From Octopus sinensis (Eukaryota), in assembly GCF_006345805.1 (NCBI RefSeq), contig NC_042997.1, forward strand, positions 90,024,001-90,088,000: a DNA stretch of 64,000 nt, read 5' to 3'. The notes beneath the pieces were generated by a model. That model saw nothing but the letters and a program-made list of their open reading frames with translations. It was not told where the DNA came from and ran no database searches. Numbering within the stretch: position 1 is the first letter of the stretch; the number at the start of each line of letters is the position of its first letter. This document shows positions 40,482 through 52,535 of this stretch, one piece after another. A program made the translations under genes and the position numbers.

Positions 40482-41610
40482 AAATGATAATTTTGAATTC
40501 AAATTTTGGTACAAGACCAGCAATTTCAAGGGAGGGTGTAAGTTGATTACATCAACCCCAGTGCTCAACCAGTACTTATTTCCTTGACACTGAAAGGATG
40601 AAAGGCAAAGTCAACCTCGGCAGAATATGAACTCAAAACAAAGGTAGATGAAATGCAACTAAGTATTTTGCCTGACGTGCTAATGACTCTGCCAGCTCAC
40701 TAACTTAAAACTTCAAATAATAATAATAACAATCTGTTCTACTATAAACACAAAGTCTGAAATTTTGGGAGAGGGAATGCGGTTGATTACATCAACCCCA
40801 GTGCATAACTTATTTTGATGACTCCTGAAAAGATGAAAGGCAAAGTTAACCTCAGTAACTTCAGCGACTTCAAACAAGGAGCATAAATACATACAATGCT
40901 ACTAAGCATTTTGCCTGGTGCACTAACAATTCGGCCACCTCACTGCCTTAGTAATAATAATGATAATCTTTTCTACTGGTGGCACAAGGCCTCAAATTTG
41001 TGGGTGGGGACTAGTTGATTATATTGACCCCAGTGTTTCACTGGTATTTAATTTATCGACCCCCAAAAGGATGAAAGGCAAAGTTGACCTCAGTGGAATT
41101 TGAACTCAGAATGTAGCGGCAGGTGAAATACCTCTAAGCATTTCGTCCAGCATGCTAATGATTCTGCCAGCTCACCAACTTAATAATAATAAGAAGAAGA
41201 GTAATAAGAATCCTTTCTACTATAGGCGCAAAACCTGAAATCTTGGGGGAAGGGGCCAGTCGATTAGACTGACCTCAATTCTCAACATGTACTTAATTTA
41301 TCAACCCTGAATGGATGAAAGGCACAGTCAAACTCGGCGGAATTTGAACTCAGAATGTAAAGACGGACAAAATACTGATAAACATTTTGCCTGTGATGCT
41401 AACAATTCTGCTAGTTCATTGCCTTAATAATAATAATAATCCTTTCTACTATAGGTACGTGGTCTGAAATTTTATTGGGCAGGGCAAGTCAATTACATTG
41501 ATCCCAGTTCTCAAGTGGTGCTTATTTATTCAACTCTGAAAGGATGAAAGGTCGACTTAGGTGGCATTTGAACTCAGAATGTAAAGACAGAAATCTTGCC
41601 ACCTCACTAC
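39857..41610 (-). mobile_element. head-to-tail array of about 7 family-2 tRNA-derived SINEs separated by (AAT)n (single copies also near 4650-4860, 22585-22790, 28310-28490, 32110-32290, 35995-36205(+), 47350-47450)
   Basis: repeated unit tttctactataggcacaaggcctgaaattt...gaaaggatgaaaggcaaagttgacctc...gaatttgaactcagaatg...gccagctcgccacc. Confidence 0.9.
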
Positions 41611-43794
41611 AGTAATAATAATAATAATAAATAATGATAGTTGTTGGTTTTTAATGTTTGTATTTGTAGTGTGTAGTGTTGTTGTGATACCTGAGTCCTC
41701 CCTGCAACAGGGGCAAAGTATAGCCAGAAAATGGATTATATTGAGTTATTCAACTGACTACTTATATGACATAGATGAGCTTTGATCAGATTTAACATAG
41801 AGTTAATCTGCACCTAAATCACAACAACTACAACCCCACAAAGACATAATATTTGTGAAGTGTTAGTTACAAGTTCGAACTATATAACTTCATTGAAACT
41901 ACTCTACTCCCAGGTCAAAGTACATAATTTTGTATGCCTCAGCTTACTTGACTGACAAACAGATTTCATGATTCCCTTCACAGCTTTTGCTGTTGTTGTT
42001 GTTTATTAGCTCCATTCACCTCTGCATGAGCAAATTCATAGCAAGTAGTTAAAGGCGCAGGCATGGCTATGTGGTAAGAAGCTTGCTTCTCAACCACATG
42101 GTTCCAGGTTCAGCCCCATTGTGTGGCACCTTGGGCAAGTGTCTTCTACTATAGCCTTGGGCTGATCAAAGCCTTGTGAATGGACCTGGTAGATGGAAAC
42201 TGAAAGAAGCCCATCGTGTATATATATATATGTGTGCGTGAGTTTTTGTCTCTGTGTTTGTCCCCTCCACCCCCATTTCTTGACAACTGGTGTTGGTGTG
42301 TTTACATCCCTGTAAATTAGGAAGTTTGGCAAAAGAGATTGATAGAATAAGTACTAAATTTAAGAATGCTGCTGAGGAGGGAGATGTAACATATTACTTT
42401 CAGTTCAAAGATAGAAGAGAGATTGTTGAAGATAATTTCATTGCTATATTAAACAAGAAGATGAAATTAAATAGTAAAGTAACTACAAGTTTTAGAGTGG
42501 GGGAAAGTCAGCCCTTGTGACCCTTCCCATGGTTTCTGAAACTAGTGGGAAGAAGGGAAGCAGTTAATTTCTGACTGGAGGCCTGGCTCAAAATGCAAGA
42601 GGGTGACTGTAGCATCTCATCAAGGGCTTATGTGGATTGAAAAGGTATCAGATAAATCACCCAATTCAATAGAATTAAGATTTTTTTTCTAATCCATAAT
42701 CCTGAGAAAATAGAGTTGTGTAGATTTTAACCACTGAAATAACTTTGATCTGCAAACAAGAAAACCATGCATTTCATCCCTGCCTCTCCAACCAGTTACA
42801 CATTATAGAAATTGTTACAAATTGTTCAAAAAAGGCTTTAATATGGATGAACAGAATTTTGTGAAAAATTTTCTGCTTTAGCAAGTATGAAAACAATACA
42901 CAAACTGTCTACAGATGGAAAGTGATATAAGGTTTGCCTTGATAAGCATTTGTCTCAGTATCAATGATATTCTTAATAAATGTAACAATATTATAATAGG
43001 TTGTATTTATGTGTGTATTTTACTTTCATTTAAATTATATATACCACATTAACAACTCCTGACTTTTTAAATTTGTCCAGTATCACAGAAAATATAGAAG
43101 AATCATATGTATGTAGACACTATTTCGTTTTCTCATTAATGGGGGAACTTCCCTAATAGTTGGTGGGGAAGCTAGTATTTGTCAATTTGAGAACCGCTGC
43201 ACTAAAGGAACGAAGGGCCAGGTGACTACATTAAGCCAAATGATGGATAAAGCCTAACATCTATAAAAGGTTACAAAGGGTTTCAGGTGAAGTTGCTGGA
43301 CATCAACTTATACTGCTGGACTATGGTCCTATGTTTAAACCTCACTACAACCACCATTGTTTTAAGGCACAAAATTGTGCTTGATAAGCCCTGAATTTGA
43401 ATTATTTTGTTAAAAGTAAGAGTGAAATGCATTTTGGGTTTAACCCTTTAGCATTTAGATTATTCTGTCAAATGTAATTTCTTTTTCATTTACATTGTTT
43501 TTAATTAATTGTGTATTATTTTGTAGTTTCAAAATTTTGATGACATGATTGTTTATTTTATTATGGCATTGAAGGGTAGGCGTGACAGGCTGTATCTGGC
43601 TGGTTAGAACATAAAACAGGTTGTGTATTTGGGTCAGATATTGCTGGTTTAAATGTCAAAAGGTTAAAGTGTTATCTGACATAAAGCCACTCTAACTTCA
43701 TAGTTGAGAGGTTAGCAGTAGGAATAGCAACCAGTTACAACTAAGTAATTGCTCTAACAAATAAACCATCACAACCATGCAAGCATGTATGTAT

Positions 43795-43846
<52 letters not shown>

Positions 43847-43962
43847 ATGTATATATATATATATATATAAAATATTATTAGAGACAAAACCACTATTTTG
43901 CAAAACAAACAAGGAAAGACTTAATCAATACATAAAATTTTAATAAATAGTCAAAAAAACCG

Positions 43963-44005
43963 CCACTACAATTGTTTCTTGTCTTGATCGACAATCTTCA
44001 GGTGG
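43963..44005 (-). ncRNA. minimal type I hammerhead ribozyme motif (mirror copy, on the ERAL1 sense strand)
   Basis: exact reverse-complement copy of 44040-44082. Confidence 0.75.
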
Positions 44006-44039
44006 ACTTCCAATAAGTCAGTTTCAAATTATTGGAAGT

Positions 44040-44082
44040 CCACCTGAAGATTGTCGATCAAGACAAGAAACAATTGTAGTGG
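44040..44082 (+). ncRNA. minimal type I hammerhead ribozyme motif
   Basis: CCAC-CUGAAGA-UUGUC(GAUCAA)GACAA-GAAAC-AAUU-GUA/GUGG: stem I CCAC:GUGG, 5-bp stem II, palindromic stem III ACAAUUGU, predicted cleavage after 44078. Confidence 0.75.
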
Positions 44083-45153
44083 CGGTTTTTTTGACTATTT
44101 ATTAAAATTTTATGTATTGATTAAGTCTTTCCTTGTTTGTTTTGCAAAATAGTGGTTTTGTCTCTAATAATATTTTATAATATTTTACTATAAAATTGGA
44201 TTTAATCCTAAATCTGATTTTTTCCCTGTAAATTTGGATTTATTCCCTAATATTTATTATTTATATATATATATATATATAAAATTAAGAGATAGAACCT
44301 CCATAAAGTAATTCAATTAATAATGAAAGATATTATCTATAATAAAATATAAATTTAAATATATTATTATTAACATTGTACTAAAATTTTCTATACTAAA
44401 TAATATACATTAAAAAAAAATACACATTAAAACTACATTATTATTAATATTGTGCTAAAAATTTCTATACTAAATAATACACATTAAAACAATGATGCAT
44501 GCTTCGTGACTATATATATATATATACACACACACACACATAAGTGGATTTGGTAGATGGAAACTGGAAAAAGCCTGTCATGTGTTTGTGTGTGTGTGTG
44601 TATGTGCATGAACATGTATGTACCCTTGTTTAGAAATCATGTGATGGTTGTTAAGAGCATTACTGCCATACAAGTAAAGTTGTTTGTTTCCTGTCTTCCA
44701 TGAAAAGCATGTCTGTCCATGGGGGAATATTACTTTGTTTAGAAACAAATGTGGAAAAGTAGAGTATCAGGTAGCGTTTAAACCAACCATATCCAGCAAA
44801 AATAATCTACCTGCTTTATCTTCAAGCTGGCGAGATCTGGCCTCTCACACTTGCCCTACAATATTATTCTAATCATAAACAATCATGTCAACAATATGTA
44901 TAAATAAGCATTACATTTGACAGAGAAATCTGAAAGCTAAAGGGTTAAATATTGTATTTTAAAGATAAATCACAAGCCCCCTAAATACCCAGTGGCCTTC
45001 CTACTGCACCTTAGCATCCATTTGATACCTGTCATCTCCCTGTGAGGTCCTCCTTCAAGGGGATGTTAATGTCACCTAGGTTAAGAACAACAGCCTTAGC
45101 TTATAATTATTCACTTGTGCTATGATGGAACCTGATGCGAAAACCATACTTAC

Positions 45154-45215
45154 TCATATCAACTGCTTGAATACAATTTTCAGGGTCAGTAATCATATTC
45201 CTGTCAAGGCTGTGT
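45154..45215 (-). CDS. ERAL1: ERAL1 internal coding exon (most 5' exon found in window)
   Basis: ttttcag acceptor and GTAAGT donor; 62 nt (phase 2 in, phase 1 out) encoding (R)HSLDRNMITDPENCIQAVDM(I), which aligns with human ERAL1 [21 protein letters not shown]; phase matches the next exon. Confidence 0.88.
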
Positions 45216-46999
45216 CTGAAAAAAAAGTTGAAAGCAAGACTTTAGTGGAACTATGTGGAATTAATAGAGAAGCAACAGGAAAGAATTGTAAAAGAAAACC
45301 AAGGTGGAACTATGGCAGTTTACTTTGGAAATTGTCAACTCTTGCACCTTCTTTTGAGGGGGCACAAAGGTGTAGTAATGGCAGTGATGATAATGATTGT
45401 GGTAGTGGTGGTAGATGTGGTGGTGGTGAGCAGCAGCAGCAGTAGTAGTAGTAGTAGTAACAGCTGTGGTGATGACAGAAATAGTTGTATAGCCTCTAGT
45501 CAACACTGATCAAGCAAGTCTGTGATCAAAAGCATTCCAGTCATGACCACCCTGTTTTTTCAAGGGTATCTAATGTGTCCTTTAACCCTTTAGCAATCAG
45601 ATTATTCTGTCAAAAATAATAATACTTATTAATTCATCATCATCATCATTGTTTAAAGTCTGCTTTCATGCTAGCATGGGTTGGACGATTTGACTGAGGA
45701 CTGGCGAACCAGATGGCTGCGCCAGGCTCCAATCTGGTCTGGCAGAGTTTCTACAGCTGGATGCCCTTCCTAATGCCAACCACTCCAAGAGTGTAGTGGG
45801 TGCTTTTAAAGTGCCACCGGCACGATGGCCAGTCTGGTGGTACTGGCAAATGGCCACGTTTGAAAATGGTGTTTTTTACATGCCACCTTCACAGGAGTCA
45901 GTCCAGCAGCACTGGCAAGGACCTTGCTTGAATGTTTTGTTCACGTGCCACCAGCACAAGTGCCAGTGAGGCAACGCTGACAACGATCACACTCAAATGG
46001 TGCTCTTTACGTGCCAGACAGCTGCTCTGGCAGTGATCCTGCTTGGATTGAGCTGTTAGTGCTCCACTGGCATGGGTGCCAGTCATCGAATTTGGTTCAA
46101 TTTCAATTTCACTTGCCCCAACAGGTCTTCGCAAGCAGAGGTTTTGCAATTAATCAAGTATTATTTTGTTGTTTTGAGAATTTGATGATATGATTGTTTA
46201 TTTTTAGAATGACCTTATAGGGTTGATGGGAGGGGCTAGATCTGGCTAGTTTGAACATAAAACAGGTAGAATTATTTGACTAGATATGGCTGGTTTAAAT
46301 GCTAAAGGGTTAATTTTTTTTTTTTAAATGACAGCTGTACTAGGTGGAAAATTGGTTGGATTTCTGGTAGGTTGACCTTTCTTATTGGCTTGCAAGTGAT
46401 AGTAACAAGGGTGATATGTATAGTAATTGTAGCAGTGGTAGTAATAGGAGTGGTACAGTGGCAAGATGGTGGTAGTCACAATAAGTGAGTGATGGGAATG
46501 GTGATAGTAGTAATAGTGGTGGTTGTGGTAGTAAATGCAGTAGTGATGGATGTGAAGGCATGTGGCATAGTGGTTAGAATATTTGGCTCATGATCATAAA
46601 GTCGTGAGTTCAACTTTTGGTGACACGTTGTGTCTTTGAGCAAGACACTTTATTTCATGTTGCTCCAGTCCATTCAGCTGGCAAAATTGAGCAGTACCTG
46701 TATTTCAAAGAGCCAGCCTTGTCACATTCTGTGTCATGCTAAATCTCCCTGAGAACTATGTTATGGGTGCACGTGTCTGTGGAGTACTCGGGCACTTGCA
46801 TGTTAACTTCACGAGCAAGTTGTTCTGTTGATCGGGTCAACTGGAACCCATGTCATCATAACCAACAGAGAGCCTGGTGGATAATAACAATAGTTGTTAT
46901 GGTGATAGTAATAACAGTAATGGTGGTGGTAATAGTAGTAGTAATGGTGATGATATTAGTAGTGATTGTGGGTAATAATAATAATAACAATAATCATAT

Positions 47000-47345
47000 A
47001 ATCAAAAAAGGAACTGAAAATCATTTAAGGATGATCCCTAGCTTACAAGCCATGCAGAAAGTGCAAAAGATTGTCTTAACTGGTACATTACACATACTGA
47101 GAAGAGCATTGTTGCTGCAAATTTTCTTTCCTTTTTTCCCCTTTATTTTCTTTGTTTACTTTTTGTATTTTTTTTTCCCTTTTTCTCTCTGTCTTTCTTC
47201 CCCTTTTTCTCTGTCACATGACTTTGTAAATGAACAAGCTGGTGTGTTTATTTTAATCGCCTATCAATGTATACAGAACGTTTCTTTGTCCTAGGTGTCA
47301 GGAAGACACTCGACAAGAAATGGAAACAGAATTGAGAAATTATAA
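47000..47345 (+). mobile_element. Dong/R4 LINE 3' end with (TAA)n tail
   Basis: ENHLRMIPSLQAMQKVQKIVLTGTLHILRRAL, then UTR ...gaattgagaaattataataataat. Confidence 0.7.
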
Positions 47346-49149
47346 TAATAATAATAATAGAATCTGAACTCAGAACATAGCGATGGGTGAAATACCACTA
47401 AGCATTTTATCCAGCATGCTAACAATTCTACCAGCTCGCTACCTTAATAACTCTTTGGCTCTAAGGTGAAATCTTATCAAATTGTTCATTTCTTTCTACA
47501 ACATGACTGCCTCCAGTCAGCTGTTGATGCTGTTAGCCATTATGCCTTAATTACTGATCACATCTCTATGCTTCCACTTCATAACCATCACATCTCTGAC
47601 TTCCCTTCCTCCCCATGTTCCATCCCACCACCCAACATCTCCAGTGCACCATCTTGCACAAGTGCCATCCCTTCACATCCTTTCTGAATATCTCTCTTCC
47701 TTCAGAATCTATTGCAACCTGGGCAACCTCCTGGTTTGCATTTTCTTCATCGTTCACCACACCCAATTAGAATCCTTTCTTGTGCTACCACTCCAACTGT
47801 AATCCATGTTCCTTTGTCCAGAACATCACTAGCCTATGTAGACATAGTTCTACCTTCCATATCATGGATTGATTCATCTAAGCCATCTGCTGCTTTAAAA
47901 TGCCAATTCTGGCTTATTGTCTGCCTGTCTTGTAATGGCATTCACCCAGGAGGGGGTTAAGCTGGCTCCTATTGAGTTTGTTGCATCGTGGGTCAATTCT
48001 GGCTTATTGTATATAAGTAAAACTGGTTTTAGGCTAAATGATTGTCCAGCATATCAGCACTGGATTATAGAAACCTGTTGTCCATCACTTTCATTCTCTA
48101 CAGCACTCTTGTCTCAGCCATAGACAACAATCCATCTTCTGCTTCATTTGGTATCAACAACCAATTCTGTTTCTTCAAAACAACCCACTAATTACATGGT
48201 CAAAAACCCCTTCACAAGCACTCAACACACACATACTTCATTCCCTACTTCCACAGAAACTCACCACAATTTCTCACATACTTCCACACACACACACATT
48301 CCCAGAGAACCTCTCTCAAACATAAATACATATTTCAAGTGACTTTTCCTTTTAATTATTCTTTTATATGTTTCAGCCCAAAAGCTGTGACCATACTGGA
48401 GCACTGCCAGTAATTGTACAAAAATCATAGATAACATTATTGCATCATACCCTCCTGCTCCAAAACATGAACCACATACAATTAAAACCCTTACTGTAAT
48501 TTCAAACGCTAGTCCTCACTGCCACTGAGGATCTCATTAAGACAAATAAACAAGATACACTCAAATACACTCTGTTCAAATGAGCAAACATAAATACACA
48601 CACATAATACAGTCATATAAAACTTTCACATACTTAATCCTCCACCTATTGTCACACACAAATGTATACTCACACATACAAAATTTACAATTCACCCAGT
48701 TACTTCTGGCATTAGCCCTTCATTTGGTTCACCCTATATTGCTGGAGACTATTGACAAACTATTGATTTTATAGTACTTCCTGTCCACTATCAATCCCTG
48801 ACTACATTCTTAATAATGCAATTTTGCTTTCACCTGTCTTAAATACATTTTCTTTTCTTCATTTCTCTTTCTATCTTGACAAAGGATGACAACTATTCCA
48901 AACACTGATTTCTCTTCCTTTCTTTTAAAATGAAATGCTTTAGTTTCATAAACCTGCTTAATCCCAGGTTAACCCCGGCTGGGTAGACCTGTGATCCAAA
49001 GCATTTTAGATGCTGCCATCCCATCTTTTTGTACAACTAAGACTACATGAGTTAATGTGTCCTCTTTTTAAAACAATAGGTTTTGAATTGAGGGAATTTG
49101 GTTGCTGTTTTAAGTAAATCAAGCGCCTGTGTAGAGGCTCCTTCATCAA

Positions 49150-51800
49150 CTTGTAGTGGTGGCCTCTGACAGTGTTGTGACATTGGTGTTGTTAATCATG
49201 TATTGTTAGTGTCATTGATAATGATGTGTTGTTGATGTTGCTGAATGTTGTGTTTTTGTTCTTATTGACAGTGGTGTTGATATCACTGATAGTGTTGTTG
49301 TTCTATTGTTTGATAGTGTTGTATGGTTGAGGTTCTTGACAGTGTTGTGTCTTTCATAGTATTTTGGTCTTTGATAATATTGTGCTATGGTCTTTGATAG
49401 TGTTGATAGAGTTGTGTTAATGACATACCTGATGATGTTCTGTCTTGATAGAACTGTATGGTTGTAGTAATTGATAATGATTGTCATTAGGAAGGGCATC
49501 CAGCTGTAGAAATGAAACCAAATCAGACTGGAATCTAGTGTAGCACTCCAGCTTGTCAACTTTGGTCAAGCTGGTCAAGTTGTTCAACCTATGCTAGCAG
49601 GGAAAACAGATGTTAAAGAATGATGAAGATGAGGAGGTATCACTGATATCATCGATAATGTTGTGTTGCTGATAGTGTTGTATGGTTCGGACCATTGCTA
49701 GTGCTGTTAATGTCGTTGATAGTGTTGAGCTGATATCATTAATAGTGTTGTATTGTCGATATCACTGAAGGCATTCTATTGTTGTATTGTTGATAGTGTA
49801 GTATTGTATGGTTATGATCATTGCTAGTACTGTTGATATTGTTGTGCTATGGTCTTTGATACAATAAGTATGATTGTGGTCCTTGATAGTGCTATATGAC
49901 TGTAGTCATTGATAATACTTTATCATTGACATCATTGATAGTTGTTGACGTTGTTGATAGTGTTGTTGTTGGTCCCTGATAGTGTTGTATGGTTGTGGTT
50001 TTTCATAGAGTTGTGTTACTGATGTTGTTGAAGCAGTAGATTCTTTTGTTGGTGATTGCTATTTTTTATTTATTTATTTTTTTGTGTAGCAGTGACAGTA
50101 AGTATTGTTAATGATGACACTGTTGTTGTAGTTAGCACTGTTTAGCCCCAGGTCAACTCTAATCAAGCAGATCTAAGATTAAAGACATTCCAGCTGGGCC
50201 CACTCATCTTTTATTCTGAAATAGTGAGTAGAGGACTACATTGGCTGCTATTTCAAGCAAGTCGGCTTGTTGTGATGAGTGCTGTTGTTAGAGATGGTAG
50301 TGCTGATGTTGGTGGTAGTGATAGAAGTGGTGGTGGTAGTAGTGTTGTTGCTAGTGGTGGTTGTAGTATAGCTATTGGTGGTGGTAGCAATGTGGCGTTG
50401 GTGATGGGTGAGTCAGTGCTGTTGTTGCTGTTGTTTAGTGGTGTGATAATAATGGCAGTGATGAAGGTTTTGATGTTGGTTGTGGTGATGGTGATGGTGG
50501 TGAAGGAGTTGAGTGGTAAGCAAGGACAGTGAAAAAAGAGGAGGAAGAGTAGAAGGCAGAGGAGAGAAAAAGAGAAGAATTCCAAGAGTGGCTTATTCCC
50601 ATCTCTCTCAATGTCTGTCTGTCTTTCCCTTGCTGTTAGTCAGAACAGAGGTACGATGGTGTGAAGAGGTTGTCACCATACTTACCAGCACCACCACCAC
50701 CACCATCACCAAAACCACAACCACCATCCATACTGGAAGTAAGGAGAGAGGGAGAAGCAGGCACAGCTCCCAGGAGAGGAAGAGAAGGGGGACATATCTC
50801 CTAATACGGCTAGTCAAGGTGTTAATGCACCATATGGCAACATCCCAATGTAGTGATGGTGGTGGTGATGGTAGGGGAGATGACAGAGAGGGGGAGTCCT
50901 TTAATGGATATAGTGGGGTGGGAAGAGGAGGATGTCTTGTGATGGGGGTGGGGTGGCGATATTTCTCTTAGATGTATTTGTAGTGATGAGATGGCTAGCA
51001 CCCACTGACAGACTGGTGGTTAGTGGAGGTGGTTAGTGGTGATGGTTTGTGGTGGTGGTTATGATGAGGATAATGCTGTCTAGAATGATTGAGTGGGGGG
51101 AGTGATGATGTGGTGGCTAGCATGACAAGCTTAATGTGTATAGTTACAGGAAAAGAGTTAATGCTTTAGTTATGACTGTATTTATGTGGTAGTGGATAGG
51201 TTGGTGGAGGGGAATAATACGGTAATAGGGTTGCCAACATGATCGAATCATGTGGTGGTCTACATAGTAGACAACGTGATGTGGAGGCTAGCATGACAGA
51301 CTGGGATGTAGCCATGAAGATTCTGAAGTAAAAAGTGAAGAAAGGAAGAAAATAATGAAAAAAATGTATGTGTATGTGTGTAAGTCCATCTAAATGTGAA
51401 TGTCTTTATGTAAATGCATGTATACGAAATCGATATGTGTATATATAAGTCTGTATATAAAATTGTGTGCTTTTGAAGATGCGTCTATAGTCTTGTTTTT
51501 ATATCATTTTGTTTAAATTTTTCAAAGTATTGCTGAATGTATAACTGTGGTGTATTTAGCATGTTGTACTGTATTTAATGTAATGTATTTGGTGTGTTTT
51601 GTTGTGAGTATTTTGTATGTTGTGATGTGTGTATATGTGTGCAAAGTAAAGTATGTAAGTATCAAGAGAAGTGTGTCTAACTGTGTTTGGTGTATACCGT
51701 TGAGTGTGTATAGTGTAGTGCAATGTGCATGTGTTGTTGTTCTTGCTGAGTGTGTGTTGTGTATCAGATATTATAATGGTAGTACTAGAAGTAGCAATTA
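49150..51800. repeat. long low-complexity tract of decayed GTT/GAT/GGT/TG repeats
   Basis: G/T-skewed trinucleotide-derived sequence; accounts for the V/G/S- and T-rich pseudo-ORFs. Confidence 0.8.
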
Positions 51801-52319
51801 CTGTTGTTGTATGGCTGTTATGTTAGTCTTTTCAGTGGATGTTAGGAAGAAACTAGTCATTTAGACCAGTTTGTGGTACGATGCCACTCTCAGTGACCAG
51901 GAATATTTGCCATGTGCCTCCATATTTGTGTGAAGGTCATGAATGAGAGAGTTGGCATTAGTCTGTCGAGTGTATCAAGGAGCAGACACTTTTGCATGAG
52001 GTATGCAATGTCTATAAAACTTCTGGTTAGAAAGGGTCTTTAACCAGGGTACTGGGCACAGCTATGACCTGTAAGTAACCTGCCAGAAGACCAGATGTAA
52101 TATACAAATCCAGTGATCCACAATATACAATGTTCTGCCTAGTTGAAAAACCACACTGATTAGTCTGAACATAAGGCGTCTCCTTCAGTGTGGTCTGAGG
52201 TGGCCAAAGCAAAAGTAGGTAAGGTGTAATTGGGTAATGTACAATAGCTGTTTAGGGGCTAAGCAATTTATGATATAGTGGTACTTTAATGGCATCAGTG
52301 CCAAGCAGTAATTAGGAAA

Positions 52320-52535
52320 AATGAACTTTATGTTAAGGTATGTTTGTGACATATTTTAACTTCTAAATGCAAATTTACTGCAATTACTGTGGAGAAAAAA
52401 ATTGTATTTTTATTGAGCAGATATGGTGTTTTTACGCCTTTTACCATCGGAGAGAATATTTTTCTCCATGATAACTGCAGTGAATTTAGAAGTTAAAATA
52501 TGTCACAAGTATATTTTAACTAAGCTAAAGTTTAC
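52320..52535. mobile_element. unclassified MITE-like inverted repeat (about 70-bp arms)
   Basis: ttgtgacatattttaacttctaaat...actgcaattactgtggagaaaaa versus tttttctccatgataactgcagtg..atttagaagttaaaatatgtcacaa. Confidence 0.65.

Larger units (their letters stand above)
43866..44179. repeat. perfect palindrome, 151-bp arms with 12-nt loop (probable Penelope-like inverted terminal remnant)
   Basis: 43866-44016 is an exact reverse complement of 44029-44179 by eye. Confidence 0.95.

Noticed and set aside
47700-47900. MEGRTM...WITVGVV on the minus strand, faintly like the MCM10 OB fold
   Set aside because: Spacing is wrong, there is an in-frame stop and no further MCM10 motifs
50224-50971. G/V/S- and T-rich ORFs
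   Set aside because: Products of decayed GGT/GAT trinucleotide low-complexity DNA
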